64,000 bases of DNA, taken from assembly GCA_973895155.1 (NCBI GenBank), contig OZ316893.1:4640977-4704976 (forward strand), read 5' to 3'. Both the position numbers and the translations under genes were made by a program. The stretch comes from Marsupella aquatica. Lineage: Eukaryota > Plantae > Marchantiophyta. Positions 50,801 through 64,000 of this stretch are shown here, piece after piece; the stretch's first letter is position 1, and each line of letters opens with the position of its first letter. The notes below the pieces were generated by a model. That model made no database searches. It saw nothing but the letters and a program-made list of their open reading frames with translations, and had not been told where the DNA came from.

Positions 50801-53800
50801 AGAAAGATGATAAACCTACCACCACAACCAGTTTGAAAGACAAACTTGCTGCCCCAAAAACACAAGAGGCACCAAAACTCTCAAAGAAGCAGCCTGCACC
50901 AACCCCAGTGAAAGGATATCCCACATCAGCATTAGAGGTAACCCCAGTTTCATTTCAGAGCTGTCTACTAGAAATGGCTGATTTTCTTAGTTTTTTTATT
51001 GCAAAGCATAAACTGAACTCTGATCCATTTATGTGTTGCAGCAACAAGAACAGGACATGACACAGATGAAGCTCAAATATGAGAAGAACAAATTGGAGGA
51101 GAAAAATATATCCATCATACAAGGATTTGATGACTCTGTTGAGGATCTGAAACTTAAGAGGTTCAACTTGGAGATCAATATTAAAGCTGCAGAGCTCAAG
51201 ATGATGTGTCTTTATCAGGCAACCTTTCAGTGGCTTTCTCAATCCAAGCAAATAATGGTTTAGATTCACCTCCAGGACTAGGTCCAGGAAACGTCAGACC
51301 GATACCAACCATTAAGAATTGCTGACCATTCAAAACCAACCAAACTCAACCACATTTCACTGCATCACAGTAACAGTAGGCATTCATCAGCACAATCAAC
51401 GCTTCAGATTCCTGTGAGAGAAATGTCTGCTGTAACAGAAGGTGAAGCGAATTTTAAACAATGTCTCGCGTGAATGACAAGTTCCTCTCTCCTGCAAGTA
51501 GTTCAGTGCTTTGCACATTACGTCTGAGAAAATAATCAAACTTTATGGCAAGCCTGTGACCGTATCTGTGATGTAGCCTGTCCTACCAACGGAGATAGTG
51601 CATCCATTGCTCGTCCTTGGAAAGGGACGTCACGGGCGTTTGATACAATGGCTGATAAATTTTCTCTTAGTAGATTTGCACATAAAAGTCATGGCGCAGG
51701 TTCTAATACATCCCTTGTTATTGGCATATGTGAACTATTATGAACAGGAAATGCGCTACTTGCAACGAATTCAACCAACTGAGGAGCTGCTTGATGAAAA
51801 ACTATATCAAAAGATGAAGGGGGTTCATGAAATCACGGTAAAGTTCTCCAGGCCATTGGCAGCTCTCGCAATCCTTGTAAAACTAAGCGGTAGAGGTTGG
51901 AACACCTTACGAAGTAAAGTCTACTCCTATCTTAACGATCCACTCCAAAGTCTGTAATTTCACGCTGCAACGTTCGACTTATAGCTTGCTTCAGGCGTAA
52001 GAAAGTTTGAGCCGCTGTCGTCACAAGGATCCGTTTCACTATGAGTGACAAAGTGTGACTTTTGCAGGAGAAACTAAACGGCCAAGAGAAGGCAATGGAG
52101 GAGAAAAAAGAAGAGATTGCTAACATGATTGAAAGCAAGGCTCAAGTGAGTCCACCCCATGCTTGTTTTGTAATCACCCACCCTCTTAGCATTTTTAGAG
52201 TACTATCTACCAACCAGATTAGCTCAGCATCTATTCAACGTCAAATATTCATTCAAATGACTCTGCACAACCTTGTTCTGGACAGCTCGCAAGGGATTTT
52301 GAGGCAATGTTTCCGGATCCTGAAGATCCCCAGAAGGTCATCCTACTGAAGTATTATTTGAAAGCTGTTCGGCAAGTCAAACGGAATCCTGACGGAACTA
52401 TTGCGGAGTCTGATGAGGACTCTGACCTGGAAGAAACCGCAGCTAATGAGGAGGAAGAAGATTATGAAGATGATGATGTAAGTTTGGTGAAGTTTTCCAG
52501 TGTGTAGAGACAATCACACATGCGGTCAGAACATGACACAGAAAGAAAACCGTCTAGAGCTCATCACAAGTGCGTGCACTCTGGCTCAGCCAATATTAAT
52601 GCCAAGTGTTTGACCACAGGTTGCAGAGGTTTGTCCTCCGAATGTTACCCCATACTTTTATGAGCAGATGTTCAAGCTGCGAGAACAAAGGGTGAATGAA
52701 GAAGTCCGTATCAAGGAGGCCAACAAGGCCTTAGATGGTGCTTGACCATTTCATGAAATTCATTCTAATCGTCAAGTGTTTAAACCTCCTTATCTTGCAC
52801 GTGAAATTACCTCAAGTCAAATCTTTCGCTGATTCTGCTCCGTTTTCTTCTCTGCTGAAACAATTACACACTACTAGACATTTCCTTTCTGTTGTGTCCA
52901 AGGGAAAATGCCACTCCCGGGTAAAATTCCAACGATGCTTAGATTTCAAGCCCCTCTTTCACCAAGCTATGTTCATTAGAAACGTAATTCCAATTCACAA
53001 ATAAGCTTAGTTTCCAGCGTCCTTTACACTGCAGCTCTGACTAAGGAGAGAGATAGCATCGTAAAAAAGAAAAAGCTCATCGATTCTGCGTTGGAGGGTG
53101 TCGAGAAGGAAATAGCAAGCTTTCAAAAGGAAAAACAGTTTTCCATGAATGACATTGAAATGGTCTTGTCCCTCAGAATGAGTCAGGTGCCTACTAGCCC
53201 CTCTTCCTGGCAGGACTTAATTAGCGGGTGGCCTTATCTTTTCAACGTCCAAGAAGTATATCAGTTCCATCGAACCTTCACTTGTTAAGCCTTTCTTTCT
53301 CCATAACAAGCAACACAAAAGATAAGCTGAAAACATGCAAAGACTTAGCAGAAAATCGAAATGAAAGAACGTGCTTGTTGCTTCTGAAATAGAATTTGTC
53401 TTGCATGCTGTAAGAAAGCACTGTTCTAAATTTGGAGCTAGTTTTTCAGGTTTGATCACCACAAGCAAACCAGCAAGTAGATTCTCCTAGCTGAATAAAT
53501 ATTTTTCTGTCGCCTTGAGCTCAAACTCAAATATATGGGTCGGTGCAGATTGAATATCTTGAGGACGGAGGACTGCCTCAAGACCTGTCAAAGGGTCTTG
53601 TGTTTGACAACACAGTTTTCCAACAACTACGAGAAACAATCAAGGAGCATTTGAAATCAAAGCACGCACTGAAAAAGCTTCACAGAGACCTTCGGAAAGA
53701 GCATCAGGTGCTCAATCGAGAAAAGAAGACTGAGGAAGAAAAGGCTAACGCAATAGAGGCAAGATGTGTCGAGGTGCAAATGCTCAAGTTTGGACAGGTG

Positions 53801-55420
53801 AGCTCACTCTGAATGAATTCATACCCAGAGGTATCCCTTTGACAATGCAGACAAGATTCACATCAATGCGATTGTTTTCCCTGCTGACGAGGTTTATCAT
53901 CACAGTTTATTTCGTAAAACTCACTTTCCTTCGTCTTTTTTAAGCTTTCTTTTTAAAGCGTAGGTTGAGATTTCATTACAGTATTAGTGCATAAATTCTC
54001 GATAGATTACCAAACTAATATACAGCGCTGTTGTAGGCTGCATGCAACGCAAGCTTTGCTCACAGTTACTGCATTAATTGACCATTTATTTAAACTCTTC
54101 ACCCATTGTATGCATATGATGTGCAGACAGTCGAAATGTCCGTATTGGACGCAATCAGCAAAGATTTAAGAAAAGACACAGTACAACTGAAAGAGAGATT
54201 GAGAACGCAAGAAACAACCCATACAGCAGAAATTATTCAATGGAACAAAAACATTGATGTTGCAAACGATGAGCTCCGTTGTAAGTTTTTTGCATACGTT
54301 CTTTCATCGGAGTAGAAACTATCAACGTCACTTTATTTTCATTTCCAATTTTTCATATTCTTTCCCCACTTTTTTCATCAGCGTCGACTCTCTGAAGTGT
54401 TCCGTAGCTGCAAAACACACGGCCTACACTTACGACAAGACTCAGCAAGGTGATTCTGACAAGAAGTTGTAAGATCTTCATCACCAGATTGCAATCGTAG
54501 ATTCTTTACTCATTGGTTTCCTGCGATGTTGTCAATCGCCTTGACGCAGTTTGCACAAAGGACAATGCAGCAGTTTTCCATGTTATTGCAGACATCAAAA
54601 CTAAGCAGAATAAGCTTGAATTCGTAAGAACCCTTCCCCTAGAAGATTTCAACTTGGAAAAAAATGCTAACATTGCAATTCTTATGCTGCAGTTCTTTAA
54701 CGCCTAAACCTTAATTCTGAAGTCGAGAAATCTAACGAACAGTCACGTCTGAGATGCCATGATATGTATTAGTCATTCATTCTAACTGCCTTGCTGATCA
54801 GGGCATTCTTATTGAGAGAGCGAAAGACTTGAACTGAGAGTTCGGATGCGTGTTCAAGCAAATGAAAGTAAATTAATGTTTGGTTTGCCTTAGATTCTTT
54901 CTGCATTGAGTATGGATTATCTCAAACAACTCATTTAAGATTTACCAATCTCAGAGTATGAAGGAGAGGGCAACAGCTCCTTTGAAAGATCCACTCTTGG
55001 AGAAACGAAAACATGCATCACATCATTCAATGTTTGTCCAAGTATGTTTAACACTTCACCATCCCTTCGTATTGTCATTGAACCACCGCATCTATGAATT
55101 AAAAGGGCTTGACCGGGAAGGAGGTCAAGCACTTGATCCTACGTGTTCGGCGGGATTGGCCTTGATAACTTCCAGGTATCCTGTCTAGAAGAATTCTATC
55201 AGTTCACTTGCTGTAACGGAGATCTCCTGACGTGACCACTGTGGAGGGTTCTATGCTTTTAAAATTAACTAACCTCCATGCCTCCCATGCACAGATAATA
55301 ACTGAGCAAGACAACGAGATCCAAAGAATACAGAATGAGATAAAGCACTTGACGAAAGAATTGGACAACACATCTCCAACGTCACAAGAAGACCCAAAAG
55401 ATGCAGCCAATGTCCAGTGA
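38893..55420 (+). CDS. CFAP44: Cilia- and flagella-associated protein 44 (WDR52/FAP44): WD40 propellers plus C-terminal coiled coils
   Basis: More than 30 short exons. First ones checked for phase: 38893-39132, 39412-39522, 40121-40246, 40672-40743, 40871-40966, 41097-41198, 41320-41391, 41818-42003. Spliced motifs are characteristic of CFAP44: [112 protein letters not shown]. Last exon ends at TGA 55418-55420. Confidence 0.93.
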
Positions 55421-56134
55421 TACGGTCGGCCCACTGGATTGTCAGGTCAATGACAAGTCAATCACAATACTGCTCCTGTCATATGTGGGTAGTCTCCCCT
55501 TTTCCACAAATCTATGAGGCAATCTGAAAGGGTGAGGAAACACGGAAGAATAACAGGGGCAAGTAGAGAAAGCAGCCACAAGTAGAGAAAGTAGTTAAGG
55601 TGCCTCATTGATATCTAGTCCAAATGGAGGCTTCCAGCATTTAAATTTTGATCACAGATCTTCCCCAATCCTGTAACTGGTAACTGGCATGTCATTATTG
55701 CCTCAATGACGGTACTTTGGTTATTGAACTTGTGCTTGTGCAGGAAGTCCCTTTCTTTCTCTATGGTAACGTAATCGATGTCCGCCTGACTTGGTTGTCT
55801 GGAAGGTGCCCCACAGCCGATACATGGTTTGTCATTTCCAGATACTTTCATGCCAAAAGAAATTGTGTCAGCTCATAACACTTGTAATAATCAGATCAAA
55901 ATATTTATGTACATCGTTTCCGTATATACACTACTACAGTTTTGTGATAACTTACACTTCAATTGAAAAGTCCAACCTACTACGAGGTATAATGCTGTCC
56001 CATTTATGTGCTTTGGGGAGCTCCTACGCAAGGAGCCGATTACGTGAACAATCCCATCGGATCCACTTTCTATAGAACCAGTTTCCTCCTAGGTGATGAA
56101 AGTATTGTTGGCTGGTGACCGCTCATTGAGAAGT

Positions 56135-59100
56135 TTAATAGTTGACTGATGTCCTGATTTCATCCAAAATCTGTTGAACCAACTGGACAATCAGTAAGTT
56201 CCTAATTTATATGCACTGGAGCCAAACTGGACGAAGGAGTATGGTTGGCCAGGATGACTTAGGCCTGCGGATCTTCCGTGCAAGACAACATACTTTCTTT
56301 ACTATTAAATAAAAAAGCTTACAACTTGAAGCAGGAACTTGATACATTTCAGAGGTTACCTTATTTGTAGTGGGCATATAGAATGGCTCAAAAACCAGAG
56401 GGAACGGCGTGTCATATCCACATACTCTCGACACTGGGGCCTCCAGCTGTAGACGATCATTTTCAGCACTAAGTGGGCCAGCAGCAAGCATGTGCAGGTC
56501 GTGAAGCAAAATGCAAAGTTGCTCTTCTAATACAAGACAAGACGGCGTATGTCCGTATCTAGCCAATATGACTAATAGAGTCTCATCGAAACTCTCACTT
56601 AACATGTCAATTGCCATAACACAAGCAGCCTCTTCGACCCCAAAAGATAGGAGGTTGACTCATAAGTGAATAGGCCAAGCCCAACGACAAGAAAACACAT
56701 GAAAACAACCGAGACTAGATAGAGAACTATGTCATCTACCAAGAGTTATAAAGACTTACACGCAAAAAGCAACGCTCTACAATTGAAGCAGATATTTCAG
56801 CACCAAATCCACCTGTCACTGGTGCTTCATGACTTACCTACAAGCAATCACAGTCATTTTGTCAATACTGAACTGAATCGAGCCGAAGTAAAGTAAACGT
56901 CAGAGCACGTGAGTTATCGTCAAGTTGACTTGGGAGGTCGAAACTAGTTTTACAAGATTTAGCAATGATTGTTCACAAAAGTAATACAATTCACTGGAAA
57001 AGTCTTGGAACTAACAAGTAACCGGCCTGTCTTGTTCACGGAAGCTTCCACTGTGTCTCTGTCCCATGGAATCAATGTTCTTAAATCAATGAGCTCACAT
57101 GAGATGCCTTCCTGTAATGAGAAAAAGGAGTAGAGATCAAAGGCAAATACCACACAATCACGTGTTCGCAGAAAGTGAATAGAACAACTAAACGCATGCG
57201 TACTGACTTAATGTGACAATAGAGTCCTTCAGTTTTGTTAGGTGTCTTTCCAGAGATGGCTACTACCAACTGCAACAACGAACTGCTGCAGCGTCTGGCT
57301 AACGAGTTCACATCTACAAATTCAGGAGATGGTGAAAACCTTGAATGTTGCAAATCTCCACAAGCGTTCATTGACAGTTCATATTCCTAACCACATTCGT
57401 CTCTTCATTGAGAACCCATCGGAGTAGATGACAACCAACACACCTTGCTTGCAGCGATGCAGGCTTGCTCCATAACAGCAAGTTGTGCTCCCCACCCGAC
57501 AAGTGTAATGTCAGTGCCCTCCCGAATTATCTGTAATGTAAGTGCCAACATAATAGTGCTGGTTAGACTCTTAAAGTTTTCTTGTTGTTGGCACGTCTAT
57601 CCCGTCCTTACTTTATCAGAATGCACGAATAATGATCTCAAGGAATAAATGACATGACCAGTGCTGCTTTTTCTTAAGGAAAATATTCCATATGCTGATT
57701 TCTCTAAGCTTCAAAGCAAATTTTAATCGGAAAAGTCCTACCTCAGCTTCAGAAAGAGGAAGACTGTAATCCCCTTCAGGGACGTCTTCCACAGCAAGAC
57801 GATAAAGCCACTGCAGCAAACATAAGAGACAATCCAAGTCTTAGTAGATATGAAGATACCCAAACCAACTGCTGTCTCAGAACACTCCTTCCTCAGGTAC
57901 AATTATTGAGCAACACATAAAAGCAATAAAGATAGGTTCAACACCAACGAACCACCTTCCCAACTCTGTAAAATTACAACGAGTTGCATTCTTCGGAAAA
58001 TGATGCTCTGTGATACTCTAAAGTTGATCAACTTGTGTGTTACCTTTGGTTCAAAGAATACAACTGGATTCGGATCTCGGATTGCAGCAAGGAGAAGGCC
58101 CTTGGCTTGGGATGGACTTCTGGGTATTACAACCTGCACATTCCATGAAGTCTGTCAAGTCTTGGGACATTGGAGATTGCAGTAAGGCTGCTGGTAGTGG
58201 TCCCTGGACAAAAGTAATAGGGCCAGATTAATTATCCCGGGTTTAGATTGTGAGCTCGAGGAAGAGCTCACAAAATGATTATCATAATCCGCCCAAGTTT
58301 ACCCCATTCCGTCATTGGCAATAACATGAGAGTCATACAGCAAATAACTACGGTAGCCAAAGTAGCTTTTATGAAAGAAGGGAAGAGTGTCATTTGATGA
58401 TAAACCTCTGAGGCTGAGCAGTTATGAGCTTTGAGGACCCAAGTCCGTGCAAGATCACTTAACCTTTAGGCCTGGGACGTGACAGAAAAAAGCCTCAGGT
58501 GATTGAGAATGATAATGTCCACCATGCCCAACTGCCCCATATGGTGCCCGTATGGTTAATCCTGTCCAAGTCATCACCCTGTTAGAAACTATTATGAGGT
58601 ACATGACCTTCTGTTTAATTACAAAATGTACTTTCAAGGAGAATGATTGCAAGAGCAAAGTCTGCCTTGCTCATGCCCAGCAATTGCAAGCAAGACAAAG
58701 ATATACATTCAAGCTGTGAAAGCAGCAGGCCCATGCATAGTATGTGAACCGTTAAGGACATTTGAACAACCTCCACAATCGAACTGGTTTCCGCTTCTGT
58801 AACGAATCTTTGCAGCTTCATTGACGATCTGCACATATGGTCCATGCCAGTCGACTCTGAGAAAAGAACTGCGCTTAACATCACCCAACTACTTTTCCGA
58901 CAGACAGAACCACACAAGCTATCTTTGGGGGAGCTTCAATTGGAGATTTTATTAAATTGACTTCGACATCAAAGTCCAGAGTCCCAATTTGAGCCAACGA
59001 TGGAAAACAGTTTACATAGGTGAAAAACTTGCAATCATTCATATCCTGTATAGAAAAAAGGCTTTTACCTGGTCAAAAGCTGGGTATATGTAATCAGCAA

Positions 59101-60879
59101 ATTGGATTTCGGCTATTGCTCGATTATCCTGCACAAAAATGGAATTGGGTCTCTAAGAAACGAAAAAAATGGTTCAGAGAAAGAGGGTAGGCACAACCAT
59201 GCAAGAGACAATGGAAATAGTGTATTGGTCATCTTCTTTTTGCAAATACTTGCTAGGGCATGCCGCCCGCATCGAGTGCTCTGCATGAACTTGTTGAGCA
59301 TTAGTTCGTATGCGCTGTAAGGGAAGAAGTTTTGTGTGTGAATATGGGTACCTAGGAAGAACTGGGGGATAGTTAAAGTGATTTTAACTCGTTTTTTTCT
59401 ACGTCCTGGGATGTAGAAAAACGGAGAGGAACTTGCAAGGATGGATTAGGGGATCCATTTCTAATGTTGAATCTTAAGACATGATTGACTCTCGGTAGGA
59501 TGTACTTGACAGTTTAGGTCAATGTCGTCAAGCTTAGGTGCATCGAAGTCTGCTGAAGTAAGGACCTGCTGAGGCTACGGCATCTAATGTTAGGGACTAA
59601 GGGCATTATCGAAATATCTAGCGTCAAAACGACCTTCCAGAAAGATGCAATCAATATCAGAGGTTGGTAAAGAGGATAGTCATTAATTTCAAAAAGAAAA
59701 GAATACCATTGCTGCGAGGCCGATTGCAAAACCAACAATGCCCTACAAGCAAACAGAAAAAAAACATTCAGTGAGTCAATATTCTTCAACATGTTTGGTG
59801 AAATCGTTGAACTCTTCGATACTTACACTCATCGACTGATACGTACAAACTGAAAAATGCTCTAAAGGACTGACATCTTCAAATGATGTATACAAGCAAA
59901 GAGCTCTTTAGATGTTCGGCCAGCGCATTTGGGCCGCACCTGTTCACACAGTGGTGTATTAAAGACCCGATGCTTTCCAAAAGTGTTGGCCAGATTTGTT
60001 GTGCATCGGAAGACTCCTCCAAAGCTGACATCTTCTCCAAATACGTATGACCTGACCGAGATTCATTTGAAGTTCAGTCATAACATGATTAAGAATTAGA
60101 GATTTAACCCTCCTCGTGCAAACAAACATTATATCATTTGCTGAAGTGGAATTTCTTAATGAAATTGGACAAGATCTGAACTATAAGAACTGCCATTTCT
60201 CATCTTGTTTGTCTACAAGATCGTACTTTGATATACCAATACGGGATAAAGCAAAGCTCTGGAAGATTGCTCATCTTATGTAAGTCATCCCATTTTTCTA
60301 GTAATTCCTTCACAATTCCTGTTAAGCCAGAATGTCAAGGCTATGTTTGATTGCGTTTCAGACATTACTCAACTTTTTTGAACTTAATAACCCCTTCGTT
60401 TTAGAAGATAGCGGATTAGAAGTACTGCCACCTAAAACAATTAAATGATTGAAGACGGAACACATTCAACCCCAGCTGCTTTCGTTTCCCACAGCTCGAG
60501 TTATTCACAACAAAAAGAGTGACAGAGGAGGGCCCAATCTGGCAATGGATGCACAGAAAGCACGAACTATGATAGTAATTGGGGATCACCAACAAATCAA
60601 TAGAGATAACAGCAAAATGGACTGTGTGCCGTGAACGCACCGTGGATCACTCTCCAGTGCGATATGAAGAGCTTCGTTAACGGCAGAGAAGAAATTCAGC
60701 TTCTTCTTTGGAGTACCCTCTGTCGGCAGTTTCTTATCAGCCGTTGCCGCTTCTGTAGACAGGAGTGCACGACTTGACGGGAGAGTCGCACTGGAACTTC
60801 CATAATTCGAAGCAGGGTGGAAGTTTCCATCCCGGAAGCACCGAACCAGAGACGAAGCTTTGCACCTAGAAGACCTCAT
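56135..60879 (-). CDS. BCKDHB: Mitochondrial branched-chain 2-oxoacid dehydrogenase E1 beta subunit (BCKDHB/DIN4-like)
   Basis: Exon 1 (60879-60641) has an R/S-rich transit-peptide-like start and [19 protein letters not shown]. Further exons 60051-59940, 59742-59707, 59128-59069 etc. encode [98 protein letters not shown]. Ends [11 protein letters not shown]. Confidence 0.95.
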
Positions 60880-62044
60880 GGCGCTTTCTCGTGTCCCTCT
60901 CTCCTACAACAGGTTGTCCTAAAGCTCACATGGAGCAACGCAAGAGGAGGTTGGCTACAAATCACCCTCTACACTACACTGCAGTTAAGATTACAGAGGA
61001 CTGTAGTCTGGTGACGTCCGACAATACGGTCATGGGCATAGCATGAGTTTTGAGCTCGCTCACCTTTTGGCTAGGAGACAGAAGTATTCAATTACGTGAT
61101 AAATATATCACCAAAAATCTGTGGCGCTTGAGAATTTGACAGCTCGTTTGCTAGCTTCAGCTTAAATTATTTGAGAGAATTAATTAAACCAGTAAGCGAA
61201 AAGACCTCTGCCCCAGTTTCCCGGCTGTCCCCGGAGGCAGGATTCCGAAGTGCTCAGAATGCGAAGAAACTGAAATCCTAATTTGCGCAGAAAGTTTGTG
61301 GGCCGATTAACCAGTTAAGGATCAGATCTCGATGAACTTTTCTGTGTGACGTGCGTGGACAATTCTGTTCGGAAGGAAGTGAAACGTGTTGTAGTACAGT
61401 GGTAGTCAGCTCCAGATCTAAACCAGCTCCGCAGCTCACAACACATTTCACAAATCAGAAAAATGTCTTCAGCATCACAGTCTGGAATTCACTCGGTCAA
61501 AACTCCAAGAGGAAGTAAGAGAATTGCATCGGGGAAGATCTCCTTCTGCATTGTGGGAGATGGGCAGGGAAAACGAAATTCCATCCGCCCGGTTCGTGAC
61601 CTTGTAGAACTATTCAGCAATGCAATTCTTACTTCCTCATTGCCTCCGTAATCATGAGCTCTTTCGAACAGCTTCGCAGCTGATGACGAGTGTGACTCAG
61701 CACCACCGGTGCGTGTTGCTTTTTCAGTGTGGGACCATAGTGTGGGGCAATACAGATGAAGACAAAAACAGATTTGCAAAACATAAATCCTATCTTATTT
61801 ACCCTTCATCTCGGCCCCATTTGCCCCCATTCCTTTTTTTGCCCGTGTTATGATTTTCAGTTTTGTCTTATTTAGAGTCACGATTATTTTGTCCTTATAA
61901 AGTCAATGTCAGTTTTATTGCCCCATCCTTGTTTTTTTGGTCTATTCTCACTTTCAGTTTTGTCCTTAGTTGAGTTAGTGATTTGTGTCCTTAGTTGAGT
62001 CAGGGTGGGTTCCCAGTTCCCACCTGACGTTAACTTTGTAACTA

Positions 62045-62972
62045 CCGTCTTCCCCCGAACACAAGGCCCAGGCGCTATATTCGAATAGTGAACCTGAAGT
62101 CAATGTTTTCATTTTTTGGACTTGTAGCATTGTGTTCGAAATGTGTCGTTGTGTTCAAAATGTGACATTGTGTAATGTACTTGAATTTTGGCATTGTGAG
62201 ATGCATGTACAGTGTAAGTAGGAATGATAGGCATAGAGGTTATGTGTATTAGAGAGGAGTGTGTTCAAGTTTAGGTTTTTTGACTTCTCGACAATATTTG
62301 CTCAGGTCAAAGGATGTGTACCTAAATAATTGAACCACTGAAATTACACAATGGGAGAAATCAAATTTGCAATAGAAAACAAAACCTGACAAACCATACA
62401 TACCAAGTGTACTATTATCACTTAGTAGAACATATTCGTCCAGTTTTCATAGTTGTTTGGTTTATTGTGGCCAATTTGTTCATTTCTATTATTTAATCTT
62501 TCTTCATGCAGTTTGGAATGTTCATGAGACTGCTTTGTTTCTATTGAAGTGCCTGGATCTTGAGGGCAATGGAAAATTGAAAATATAGAAAGTGAGTCGT
62601 CAAACCTAATTATGCACATAGGCACTATGGGTTCCTTTGGCTAGACGCCGTGGCGTCACTCAGAGGTTGATGTGAAAGTCCGTTGAAAGTTTACACAGCA
62701 GAAGAATATATCAATACTTCCGGATTGCTGCTTAACATTTTGGAAACATACAGCGCACACTTCTCCGAGAATGAAGGATTTTGAAATTAGCTTACATTTC
62801 TCAAAGGGCGATGGATTTTGTAAGTTGAAAGAGCGGATGTGTCAGACAATTTTAAGTAACGTGTATTGTAGTTGCAACCTGGACACCTTTCTCCTATAGT
62901 CACTTGTGCACATTTTGAACACAAAGTCAATTTTGAACACAGCGCCCGGGCGCTGTGTTTGGGGGAAGACAG
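62045..62972. mobile_element. Non-autonomous TIR DNA transposon, Tc1/mariner (pogo)-like, 928 bp
   Basis: Left end TA|CCGTCTTCCCCCGAACACAAGGCCCAGGCGCT; right end AGCGCCCGGGCGCTGTGTTTGGGGGAAGACAG|TA (reverse complement, 5 mismatches in 32 bp). Subterminal GTGTTCRAAATGTG motifs are inverted at the two ends. No intact transposase. Confidence 0.85.
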
Positions 62973-64000
62973 TAGTTCTGTCAAGTTCCAAGATAACTTG
63001 GCGCAGGATTCCCGCCGGTGCAAGGAGCATTCTTAGTTAAAACTGGTAATTACAAATTCTGACTACTAGTAGTTAGGTTGAGTCTCTCCACGAGTACTTA
63101 ACCAGACAGTTAAGTGCCAAATCTTAAGGCACCTGACTTTTGTTACCTTTTTTCACCCAACAGAAACCAGCAACTAAGCTAAAACCAATCATTGTTTCAG
63201 AAAGAGAAGAGTTGAAGATGGTATCAATTCCTAATCCTTACCATTTGACAACAAAATGGTGAGAAGCATATGGAAGCATATGATCCTCGACATTGGAGGG
63301 ATTTTAAAGTCTTTGATTTGCATAGTCATCCTCTTTGTGCCAAGACAATGATACCAAATCCTTTGTGGTAGAAGTCACGACTGAATTCATGGAGCATATT
63401 CACTTCCACAACCCCGGTATTGTGATTCTCAAAATGTGTTTTGGGAGCTGTTTGACTGGATGTCGGATGCTCTGATGGAGGACACTAATCCATACTCTTG
63501 GGCTAATATTTTACCACCTGGGTGTAGGGAGTCGTTGCTAGAAGATATTGACCCACAAAGCTTTGCCCAGCATAATGTTTTGCCAGTGAGGTGCTTCCAA
63601 TGTGAGGACGTCTTTCTTCTGGATTTCCATGATGAACATGAGTCCATCATCGTGTAAACCATGTTGGAACAGATCGATGAAGACTAGTGGGTGGAGATGA
63701 TCAGCTTAACTTTCTCTCAGAGGGCATCAGTACCAGAGGCGGATAGGTGGGAGAGCTAGCCACCAATGGGGTACTAGAGGAGGATAGGCGGGAGAGCTAG
63801 GCAGGCAGTAAATTCCATCAAAATTGAGAGTACTTAAGTTTAAATTCTTTCACATTGGTCAAAAGTATGAAGAAGTTTGATCTCAAGACTAGTAACCAAG
63901 TTATGCCAAGAGTCCGGTTGGATGCTTCGGGAATAGTTAACTTTTGTAAAGTTAACTTTCTATAATTCATGATAGTTAACTCCTAGTCCTCTAACTATCC

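Noticed and set aside
63230-63662. Degenerate LINE or transposase coding remnant
   Set aside because: Multiple stops in all frames and no diagnostic motif; cannot be assigned.

Overview
Eukaryotic, intron-rich nuclear DNA, most likely from a liverwort or other bryophyte with flagellated sperm. This is inferred from axonemal genes plus a plastid rpl14 fragment that resembles my recollection of the Marchantia-type protein. Four host genes are supportable: (1) an ODF3/SHIPPO (STPG, PGP-repeat) protein on minus at ~9.5-10.1 kb; (2) a class-2 DYRK kinase on plus, ~14.5-24.5 kb, 13 phase-consistent exons; (3) CFAP44/WDR52 on plus, 38893-55420; (4) branched-chain 2-oxoacid dehydrogenase E1-beta on minus, 56135-60879. 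The window opens inside a decayed, probably LTR-retrotransposon extra ORF (PMD/Transposase_32-like motif plus coiled coil) broken by two in-frame TAG codons. It also holds a four-copy MITE family, a 928-bp TA-flanked TIR element and several tandem and dispersed repeats. Points worth follow-up: three sperm/flagellum-type genes within ~46 kb, a plastid insertion in a DYRK intron, an in-frame TGA in the DYRK N-terminal exon chain, and dense GTAC and CTAATC motif clusters in the gene-free 34.5-38 kb interval. I found no clear evidence of a wholly new biological system. All homology calls are from memory of the families, not from searches.
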